Of a stretch of DNA of 64,000 bases, positions 53,216 through 64,000 are shown one piece after another. The stretch is from Convolutriloba macropyga (Eukaryota). How positions within the stretch are numbered: the first letter of the stretch is position 1; each line of letters opens with the position of its first letter. Location: NCBI RefSeq assembly GCF_964194025.1, contig NC_134477.1:29636001-29700000 (forward strand). Direction: 5' to 3'. The position numbers were made by a program, and so were the translations under genes. The notes beneath the pieces are model-generated. The model did no database searches. It was not told the origin of the DNA and worked only from the letters and a program-made list of their open reading frames with translations.

Positions 53216-54739
53216 TTATTTTTCATGTGAGCCCGCATATATTTTCATGTGATTTTGCGACATTGAGATCGCTTTGTACAGTTGGTTCCGTGGCTACTTG
53301 AAGCCACTGAGAACAACTGTCATTCATCGGGAACCACTTGCTGTTTCGAGATGCTAAGTCAAAATTTTGAAAAAAAAATTGAACTTTCATGACAATCAAC
53401 TTCTGGCTATGTATAGGAACTTCTGGCAATTTAATCGCTGGCCTTGCAATTTTTCCGGCACCTTAAATGTTTCAGGTGCTCGATTCAAAGTACGGGTCTT
53501 TCCCATTATAGCCCCCTCATGAAGTTAAAAACCCCACATTATGGTTTATTTACCATAACTTGGTTCTGAACACACGATAACACAAAAATTTGGATATAAA
53601 AGATTTTGAACGCACTTTAGTGTGGAAACAGATCATTTTGAGCGCACACAGTTCTGGACAAGCAATTTTCAACGCATGATAGTCTAGACTTAGGCAACTA
53701 TAAAGGAACAAAAGTCTGGAAATAGGCATTTTTGAGTGCACCATAGTCTGGAATTGGGCTCTTTTGAACGCTCGAAAGTTTCGAAATAGCCCATTTTGAA
53801 CGCACAGACAGAGTTGACAAAATTGATTCTGTAAAAACTTGTGGAACCAAAACGATCATTGGATCTCGGGACATAGACGGAAAAGATCCTGGATCTATTC
53901 TATCTAGACCATGGCGTTTCATATCGCTCCAGTGGATTTTATTTTTATACCACGTAGATATTTGTAAAATGAATGCAGAATTGCATGTGCTGCGTTTGCG
54001 CCAGTACGTTAAGCGCCAACCCCCCCTCCGCCCGACAGAGCACGTATTGTTGCCAATGTTATTGCAACTTTCAAGATGATTCAAATAAACCGCCAAAATT
54101 GCAACAAAAACTTTGACTCTTTTGTCCAACAACGTGAAACTTAGACGTGCTCTTTTAACAAATGATTAGACTAGAAATATGTTTTAAAACATAATTGTTC
54201 GCGACCATCCGCCTTGATAAGGACATAAAGCCTTCTGAATTTGATCTAATTTTTTTTGAAACAAAGAGGGGGCATGAGCACACCCCAAGACTAATATCCA
54301 AGACTACGACGTCACCCCAGCAGAGTTTTTTTATTGCAGACGAGCCAACCAAAGACGAAGAATTTTTTTTAAGGGATTTCAGACGTCACCCGACCAAGAA
54401 GGCCTGACATTTTTTTGGTTACAGACGTCACCAAGAGATGATCGCCCGAGGTTCCAGACGTCACCTCAGAAGTCCTTTCCCTGGTTAGACGTATTCAAAA
54501 AAACCTGAATTTTTTGCGACAAAAAAAATCAAACACACAAAAATTAACCCCCAACGGGCTTTTGTTGATGGTTTATGAATGAAATAGCCGTAAGAAGCTA
54601 CATGTGAGCGATTAACGAAAAAAAAACAAATTGCACGAAAAAACAATATAGCGTTTTTTGCATCGGAAAAACTCAAAAACAGTTTTCCGAGTTTGCGCAG
54701 AAGTGAAAAACGCAGAAGTGCTTTCTTGAGTTCCAAAAA

Positions 54740-55700
54740 TAAAAAAAACGTTTTTCTAACGTTTTAATGAAAACTTTTTAATATATCCAAAAAACTCATT
54801 GATTAGACCCCCTGGGTTTGTTGGAAAAGAAGCCTCATATCGATATTCCAATTTCGTAAAGAGGCAACTCAATTTTGGCATAAGTTGCTTCTTTGACTAC
54901 AAAAAATCAAAAACGTTTTTCTGACGTTTAATGGAAAACTATTTAATAAATACAAAAAACCATTGATTAGCCCCCTGTGTTGGTTGGAAAAGAAGCTTCA
55001 AAATCAGTTTATCGATTTTGCAATTTTTTAATGAGGCAACTCAATTTTGACAAAAAATGCATCTTTGACTGAAAAAATTCAAGAAACGTTTTACTAACGT
55101 TTTGAATAATACATTTAATAGTTGCACTGGAACCTGTCGATTGGGCCCACTGGGTTTGTGAGAAAACAATTTTCAAATGCAGTTTACCGATTTTGCATTT
55201 TAGTAAAGAGACAACTTAATATTGTCAAAATTGCTCTTTCAACTTACAAAATTGAAAAACAATACGGTTTTCTAACGTATTTTTTTCAAAATTTTTAATA
55301 GATACCGAAAAACTATTGAATCAATCGGCTTATTTTGCAAGAACATAAGCCTAAGTTATAATTGATTGAATATACAAGTTTGTAAAGAGGCAACTTGAAA
55401 TATGCAAAGTTGCTTTTTTTATTTAAAAAATTTGAAAAACATTTTTCTAAAGTTTATTGGAAGTTTCCAGTGGATAACAAAAAAGCGTTCGAAAAATCCC
55501 CTTCTGTTAGTTTGAAAACAAGCTGAAATTTAGTTCATCCCTTTGCAAAACTGCAAAGAAGCAACAGAAAAGTGGCAAAATTGCTTTTCTGTTATATAAA
55601 GACCAAAAAACGTTTTTTCTAACGTTTTTTTAACATCTTGTTAAAAATATCAATCAAGTTTCAAAAAGAGCTATTTAATAAACCAAGCAAGCTGAGAAAT
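54740..55700. repeat. Degenerate ~165-180 bp tandem satellite, ~6 units
   Basis: AAACGTTTT(T)CTAACGTTT recurs at ~54746, 54911, 55084, 55265, 55437 and 55608, with AAAGAGGCAAC-like motifs in between. Confidence 0.85.
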
Positions 55701-56602
55701 TATATAGTCATTCTGCAAAACCGAAAAGAACAGACAGAAAATTCCTGAAAAGCTTCTTACAAAAAAAACCTACAAAGAGGTTTGTGTTTTCTTTGATCTT
55801 AATTGCATACTACTAGCCGCGAGCCTAGTTAATGAGGTAGTATGTATTCCTAAGAACCTAAGAAAATCCGACATTTACACCTATTTTGTTTTCATTTTAT
55901 GAATACTATCCGCGCATCTGGTTAATGGGGTAGTATACACTGAAAAAACATTCTCAAGAAAAATAAAATAGAGAAGATAGGATCTATTTTCTTTTTCTCA
56001 GAAACAAAGAAATCAAAAGCTGTCGAATAATTCTGCACTCAAAGTTCGCTCACGCATATAATCCCTTTAAGTTGGAAAACTCAAACGTCTCTTGTTTTTT
56101 GTCCGCGGTCTCAGAAGTTGCCGAAAGAAGTCCCTTTTTCCCCTTTGGTCTCAGTAGTCACCAATTGAAGATGAATGTTTTTGCTTTGGGTCGCAGTAGT
56201 CACCAAAGTAAAGATGAGATATTCATAGGCGGCAGATAATATCCAGAAACAAATGCAAGCGGTTTAATGGTAGCAGTTGTCGCTAACTTCATAAGAATCG
56301 CGAAACAGTATTTCTTGGAAAAGAGCTTCAAACAAGACCCAGCATTTAAGAAACCAGTTTTCTCTACGTTGCCTGGTCGCACAACATTTTAAATTCTAAA
56401 AAAAAACTCAACTTATTTTGCAGAAGTATCAATATAGATTTAGTTTCTTTGTTTTTAGGTTTTATTTGTTCCTAAGACTCCACCAACAAAAAAAGGAAAA
56501 CAGTTCAGTAAAAACTTTTCTGGTATCTTGATTGTGACTAAAGGAGAACTAAAACTTACAAGAGAATCGTCGCGAAGTCATATATGTAAAAAAATGAAAA
56601 CA

Positions 56603-59600
56603 ATTATTTGGTCCTGTTCAACAAATCAACGGTACACACGCGCGAACGCTTTGTTTTTTTCTTTTTTAAGCAAAAATTTAGCTAGATTAAGCACCACAAA
56701 AAAAGCACATTCAGGACTCTTGTTTTCGTGAAAAGTTGCGTCGCTACTTTTGAACGAAAACAGCTAGGCTGATTAGCCTACATAAACATAGGAGATTTTC
56801 AATTTACCAACAAAGTCGTCGCTCCGTAAATTTTGAGCCGTTTTTTACCTTTACTTCACAAACGACAGAACAATTACGAGTTGACTACAGCCGGTTCATC
56901 AAGATGACAAAAGAAAACAGCCAGAAATTGCAATATGCAATGAACAAATTCATTGACTGAACTCAACATGAAAATTCAGCTTGACCTGTTACAGACATCC
57001 GTTGAGCAGAGGAAATGCTTCCGCACTCTTTCCTTGTTGATCAACAAAATCAAGGAGAGCGTTGAAGAGCTAAAGACGAACCTCGACAGCAGCATGATGG
57101 AAAAAATAAGCTCTAGTAGCATAAATTCAGTCAGAAAACGTCAATCGGATTTGATCTCTCGTCTGGAGAAGTTGGAACTAGAAGTCAACAGTCTCGACGA
57201 TGATGGTCAATTGAGCAAATCATCAACTCGAGCACGCGATAACATCAGCTGCGTCTCGCAGTCCTCAGGTTGCAGCGATTGACACCCGTTTCCCAAAACT
57301 CAGTAGAAAACGACATGACAGTAAAGAACCCTGCCAGCGATGTCTCCCCTCCAGTGCTCCCAAGACCGGCGAAACCATCGTTTTGCCTTCCGCAAGGAGA
57401 ACGTAAACCAATCTGTTCTCTAAATTCCTTCAGAATAACCGACATTTATCTCAGGATACTAGAGAAATGGCTGAAGAATCAGGAAAAATTTTTACGACAG
57501 TTGAACACATAAATCAATCAATGTCGTAATTAGCAGCCCCAACACCAGCATGCACTCAAATATCCAGAGCTGACAGACAGATTTGTCTTGAGTAATCCTC
57601 AACCTCCAGAAGACAACGTTGTTCCCAGAGAACAAGAGAACAATTTCAACCATTTTCTTTCAATACAAAAACCGCCCATTCCTTTGAAACAAACTGCGTC
57701 CTTATTTCCTGTTGAATCTAAAGATAATCAGCGGGAACTGATTCACTCATCAATAGGAGAGTTGCAACAGTTCCCTAATTCAAAATTGATCGCAACACCT
57801 AATACTCCATTGAATAAAAAAACAGGTGCCGCAGTTAGACCGAAAAATTTATCCTTTATTCCCTTAAATAGCGAAACAGAAGGTCAAATTATGCAATGTT
57901 TTGCTATTGATTTTCAAAACACACCCCAACATAACAGCTCAGCAGACAAAAACAAAACAAACGAAACTTCAAATGCATTCAGAGAAAATGATCAAAAGCT
58001 TCAAGTTCAATGTCATCATGAAAAAGGAAAAATACAATGACAAATATCACCGTTCCCAATCCACAAACTTTTGAAAACTGTAGTCAGATTCCTTTGCAAT
58101 TTGACAATAACCAGTTTTCAACTGCTTAAAAGTTTCAAACAACACTTTGTTAATTTTTCCAACCAATCAAAATTAGAACAGTGAGAGATTGGTAACACAA
58201 ATGACCTTGCATACGGTAGTGCAACCAAACAATTCCCAACAATATCGAAACGAACAATATCCAACTGTAGTTCAGTTGGACAACTTATTTCGAACACAAG
58301 AGCCAAACGATAGGAGTCATTTCCTATCAAATACAACATTCAGCGACACTGGTACCACCCTCATTAGTTGTACACCGTCACAACCACTTCTTTTTCCAAC
58401 TACTTCGGAAAATCCATCTTCAAACTACCAAACGGCCATCGTTCCTCCAATTGATCAACAAGTTAGCCAACCAAACGTTTCGGGAAACTCGAATCAGTTT
58501 CAAATTTGGTCCTGTCACGTAAGCCACCCGTTTCAGCCACGAACTGAAATACAAACAGAAAGAATCCCGTTTGAACACAATTTCAATTTACAAACCACAA
58601 ATAAGAGTTCCATTAAACTTCCTCCTATAACAATTCCAAATTTCAATGGAAATCCATTGAAATACCATGAGTCAATAAACTATTATTTCAACCTTGTCCA
58701 CCATAATAATATCAGTCTTACGGATACACAACGTATAACATACCTGCAAAACTCGGTCGTAGGAAAAGCCAAGGAAAAAATTCAAGCATATTCGTGTGAC
58801 CCTGTTTACTACCCAATTGCACTGAAAGAGCTTATGAATCCCTTTGGGGACCCTAGCATTGTTGTGAATGCTTTCATCAATCAATTGGAAGCCAGGCGCC
58901 CGAACAATGATTACAACAAACAGAAGTTTGTATCTTTTGCTTTTTTTCTCAAACGGTTAGTGCAAGCTGTTGACTATTTAGGTTTCAAAGCTGACTTGTA
59001 AAAGCTCAAATTTGATGAAAAAGGCAAAAAAAATTGCACATAACATTTCGATAAAATAGACAGAACATATAATCACATCAATTGGTAATCAACCAACACT
59101 CTCTGAATTCCAAAAGTGGCCTGAAGTACAGGCCCAACTATACGACAAAATCAACAGAGAAAATGTTCATATGCCGTTTAATAATTTGAACACTTTTGGC
59201 CAAAACAATATTAACATTAGCAGAATTAACAACAACAATGATAATAGGAACAGCAATGCGATGATTCATTTTTCTAATAATTTACCAAACAATTGGAAAC
59301 AAAATTCATTGCACTCAAGCTGCCCTGCAAACCAGCATGGTCATCCAGCGTTTCATCCGCGTAAAGATGCTAATCAGTCAAACAAATATTGCAAGAAATG
59401 CAAAGGAAGTCACATACTCGCTACATGCCCTGAATAACAGAAATGTTTGCCAGACCAAAGGTATGAAATTGTGAGCAAGAACAATCTTTGCTCGAACTGT
59501 TTTAAGCAACAAACATTTTAGGCAGTCATGTCCGTCCACGAAACGATGCCAAACGTGTGAAGGATTTCACCACACAACTTTGCATGATCCTTCAAAACAA

Positions 59601-62600
59601 GTTAAGCGGCCCACCGCTATTTTCTCGACAAGCAATTCCAATCAGCCGACACCAAATCTAGCAAGCCGTCAAACACAGCCATCCTTTCATCAACAAAATC
59701 AAAACAAAGTAGTGACACTGTCAGCAGTAAAAAGAGCCATCACACAAGATATGGTCAATCGCTTTTTAGTAAACAGCAATCACAACAACAAAATATTCAT
59801 CGCGCCCATTTGAATGCTTCAAATCCGACCCAAAACTTCAGTATCAACCGATATACAATTCCTCCTTTGAATGGTATGAACAACTACAAATACTACCAGT
59901 TTTATTTGTAAACGGAAGTAAAGTGTTTGATACCTACGCCTTGACCGACCCCGGAAGCCAGTTCACCTTCCTGCTGGATAAAGCTATTAGCTTTCTTGAG
60001 CTTCCCTCGAGCTTCCCTTGAGCTTTTTGAGCCATCAAAAATTATGCAGTGCCTAAACACTGAACATGAAATGCCTTTTGACAAACTCAATCAGCAATTC
60101 AGCATTGCAAGAGCATATGTCACGCCATGTCTCAATGTATCACCCGCTAACGTCCTTGAACTCAATCAAATAAGCGACACCTTCAAGGAACTTAGTCACA
60201 TTTGTTTCCCTGACATAGCCATCGGTGCAATAGGAGTCTTTCTTGGTGTCAATACGTTTGCCTTCACATATCCAGTCGATGTAAACTAAGGTAGCAAAAA
60301 GCGTCCATTCGGCGTCAAAACAAAGCTTGGTTGGGCTCTCGCTGGAGAAAACGAGCTATCTCGGAAAACAAGGAACGCAAACATGCCCCAGCGCCAACCA
60401 TTCGTTTACCATGTCCGCCGGAAAGACATTAAAGAAGAACCATTGGACGAACTGGTTCAAAGATTCTGTAAAAGAGAAGATGAAGGTACATTACCCGACA
60501 AAATGAAGACAGCTCACTAGACCAATTAGCAGAGCAAACAATGGAAAACTCAACCTGTCCCAACGGTGAAAGATATCAGATTGACTTTCCTTGGAAACCT
60601 GTAAAGAAACTCCAGAATTACTATTTTTCAGCAGTCAGTCAACTAAAAAGTCTACAAAAACGACTACAAAACGATCCCGTTCTCAATCAAAAGAACAACC
60701 AGACACTCCAAACGGATTTGGATAAAAATTTTGTCAAGCCAGTCGAAAAGCAAGCACCACCTCCAGAGTCAATATGGCACTTACCTCATCATCCAGTCAC
60801 TAATCCAAACAAACCCGGAAAAGTGAGAAGAGTTGCAAATGCAGCATCAAAATTTTGTGGTGAATCACTGAACTCAAACCTTCTAACTGGTCCTGATTTG
60901 TTGAATAACTTAGTTGGAATTTCGTTGAGATTCAGAGAACATCCGTTCGCTGTCCTTTCAGACATCGAAGGGATATTATGCAAATTGCCGTCAGACAAGA
61001 AGACCAGTCTGCATTTCGCTTTCTTTGGATGATAGACAACAACATTCGACAATTCCAGATTACTAGGTTAATCTTCGGTGCTACATGCTCACCGTTTTGC
61101 GCCTTTTATGTCTTCACAGATGTGCTGAAGACAAAAATTTCAGTATCCAGCAGACTTGAATGCCACTATGCACCACTTTTATATGGATGACTAAATCCAG
61201 TCTATGCCAACAATAGCGGATAGCTATGCCAACAAAAATGCCATTTCACAGAATAAAGACTGCCTGAAAACACCCGGCTTCAGGTTGACAAAATTTGTTT
61301 TAAACACACCAGAGATTCTCGCTGAAATAGCAGACAATGACAAAGACAAATCAAAAGGGATCATGAGAGTCCTCGGTCAAAAATGGAGCGTAACAACTGA
61401 CGATTTTGTCATGTTTCCCCTAGAACAGTTTCCTAAAGATGCAGCAGTGACACAAAGAAACTATTCAGTTTGGTATCCTCAATCTTTGATCTTCTCGGCT
61501 TGTTGTGTCCTCTGACAATTAGGTTTAAAATGATTCTGCAGCAGATTTGGAAACTTGGAAAGAAATAAGATGGATTGATACCATTGGAACTACAGAATTC
61601 TCTCCAGAAAGTTCTTAACAGCTACTTTGCCATACCAGAAAATCGCATATCAAGAACTGTTCACAATTTGAGAAAAAACCCAGCCAGCCAACTTCACATT
61701 TTTGTGGATGCCTCAATTGCAGCTATGGCAGTCGTTTCTTACCTCCGTACCACAATTAGCCAAACTGGTCTTCAACAAGCCTCTTTTCTCATTGGAAAGT
61801 GCAAAGTCGCTCCCATTGAACATATAGGCGTGCCAAAAATGGAACTAGAAGCGGCTGTTATAAGAGTGCGCCTTCCACAACTGATCCAAAGAGAAATGAC
61901 ACTGACGTTCGACCAAATTTTCTTCTGGTCCGAGAGTCAAGTAGTTTTGGACTGGATAGCCTCAAATAAGAAACAAAACGTTTTTGTTTCAAACAGAGTG
62001 CAAGAAATTCATAAAATTTCTTTACCCCAGCAATGGCATCTCATTTCAACTTATCTCAATCCCGCTGATCACGGAACTCGCGGTCTTGAGACAAACAAAT
62101 TCAGCAGAAATGGTTCGATCCACCCCAATTTCTTTGCGAAAACGAATCGGCCTGGAATGAGATAAACAAACCACGCGCAACATGTGCGGCAGTCACGAGA
62201 AGTCCCAAGACATTTAAATCTATAGTCGATCCGACTAAGTTCTCAACATGGATCAAATTTCTTCTGACAGTTGCAACAGTGTTCAACCTAATTAATCGCG
62301 CAAAGAAAATGCGAACGAACAATCACTAATAGACAACTGAAGACATTCAGTTATCAAGAAATTATCTGCTGAAATTATCTCAGGACAGTTTTTTTCCATT
62401 CGGCCTTTAATTCCTTACAACGTGGAATCAAGCTAGATTCTAAGTGCAAAATACGATGCCTAAATCCGTTGTTGGATGAAAACGGATTACTCAGATTTTG
62501 TGGTCGGTTGCAGTATTTAGAAAAATGTCCAATATTTTTGCACGCCAAGGACAAAATTGTTCGTTTGTACTTGGAACATGCCCATCAAATATGTATTCAC

Positions 62601-63700
62601 CAGTCCACAGAACCCACAAAAGCATTCATTCAACAATGTTACCATGTGATTGACCTTCGGAAAGCGTTAACAAGCGTAAGATCTCATTGTTTCTTACGTT
62701 GACGCGTTGACACGAAAAACATTCGACCAATTATGGCACCATTACCCAGTTTTCGTTTTCCAACAGGAGAAACACATTTCCCCTTTGCTAATTCTGGTGT
62801 AGATATCTTTGGACCCTTCAACATCGAATATTCCAAAGGCATTATAGAAAAACATTATGGTCTGATATTTACTTGCAAGGTGACGCGTGCAATTCGCTTA
62901 GAAACGTGTCCAGACCTAAATACAGATACGTTTCTCAATGCCTTCAGAAGATTTTGCAGTCGTCGATGCCAACCCCAACTTCTCTACAGCGACAACGGGA
63001 TGACTTTCGTAGGCACCTCTGAAGAACTTAAGAAAACTGTTAAAGAATTGAACAATGTTAGGATCTACAAAGCTTTAGCAGTAGCCAATACAACGTGGAA
63101 ATTCAACCCCCCATATGGCCTTCATTTTGGCGGTGTCTGGGAACGTTTGATCTAGAGCGCCAAAAATACGCTCCTTCTCATTCTAGGATCCAGAATACTC
63201 TTTTTTGACACTTTCCTAACAAACATGGTTGCAACAGAATCAATCCTCAACTCCAGACTACTGACTAACGTTGCTGAGCAGCCCGACAACGAGTAACCCT
63301 TGACTTTAAACCACTTTTTTCATCCAGCGTTCCTTCAATAGCTTGCCACCAGGACAATTTGGAGACCAGCAACCTGCAAGCTTGAAGACATGGAAGAACA
63401 GGCAGAAGCTGATGAACCACATATAGCGACTCTTGGTGAAAGAGTATATGGCAGCCCTTATCTGACGGTCAAAATGGTCAAACAGCAACGATCGACCGCT
63501 CAAAGTGAAAGACCAAACACCAAGAGGAATCTGGCCACTGGGAGAGTCATGGAAACAACACTTGGACGAGATGGAGAAACAAGAGCCGTAAAGGTAAAAT
63601 GGCTTGCGGCACGTACGTTCGCCCCGTTTCCGGTCCCGCACGCGTTTTTTTCGCTGTAATTTTTTTTTAATTTTCTTCGCTCCGGTTTTGGGCAACGTGA
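56603..63700 (+). mobile_element. BEL/Pao LTR retrotransposon 2 (degenerate; 3' LTR not found)
   Basis: PBS-like TTTGGTCCTGTTC at ~56607 followed by complete gag-pol remnants; the sequence after the pol end passes into an unrelated repeat. Confidence 0.9.
56904..63658 (+). pseudogene. gag-pol: BEL/Pao gag-pol polyprotein pseudogene
   Basis: IKLPPITIPNFNGNPL (~58612); Zn knuckles CKKCKGSHILATC (~59390) and CQTCEGFHHTTLH (~59547); protease YALTDPGS (~59935); RT WHLPHHPVTNPNKPGKVRRV (~60775) and FYMDD (~61178); RNaseH LHIFVDAS (~61693); integrase GVDIFGP (~62796), LYSDNG and GGVWERLI (~63129). Many stops and frameshifts. Confidence 0.95.
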
Positions 63701-63774
63701 GTTACCCCTTCCCACAAATTGATGTACTGATGAAATTGACAACATTTCAGCCTACAGTTTCAGAGCCAATTTCA

Positions 63775-64000
63775 AAGAATATGAAAAAAGACTTCAATCA
63801 ATTGGTTCAAGTGTTGAAACCCAGGTAACAATACCCTAGATTAGAAAAGACCGCTTTTTTAATCATTGTCTTTTGTGTGATGGCATAGGAGACTCCCCGT
63901 CAAAACCTAATTAGGTTGAATCAGTCCCAAAGCAGTTCAATAAGCACATCATAGAAAGATCATTAAAAAAAGTTTCGTGTAATTTCTCATGCAAAAGGAC
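63775..64000 (+). repeat. Dispersed repeat, homologous to 52975-53215 (runs off the window end)
   Basis: See 52975-53215. Confidence 0.75.

Noticed and set aside
52975-64000. 52975-53215 and 63775-64000 as the LTR pair of BEL element 2
   Set aside because: The upstream copy is ~3.4 kb from the PBS-like site, neither copy starts TG after a purine tract, and identity is low; better explained as a dispersed repeat.

Overview
AT-rich eukaryotic (invertebrate) genomic DNA dominated by decayed transposable elements. There are no prokaryotic features: no rRNA, tRNA or CRISPR, and nearly all short ORFs in the track are spurious or pseudogene fragments. The retroelement families resemble those I recall from acoel flatworms (Symsagittifera-like), but this is unverified inference. 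Main contents: (1) a degenerate BEL/Pao LTR retrotransposon (internal region ~11.2-18.8 kb, 3' LTR 18829-19212) whose 5' LTR lies on the opposite strand at 9229-9607 yet shares a TTGCC target-site duplication, implying a ~2 kb inversion; (2) a putative secreted C-type lectin gene with two phase-compatible exons (24061-24263 and 52550-52641) separated by a ~28.3 kb intron; (3) inside that intron, a nest of MITEs, a 5-unit ~1.7-2.0 kb tandem array built from an internally deleted Ty3/Gypsy element (26.0-35.4 kb), and a tandemly re-duplicated Gypsy pol with a possible env-like tail (36.4-50.3 kb); (4) a second degenerate BEL/Pao element (56.6-63.7 kb); (5) minisatellites, a ~170 bp satellite and a possible kinase pseudogene fragment. 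All alignments and identity figures were estimated by eye.
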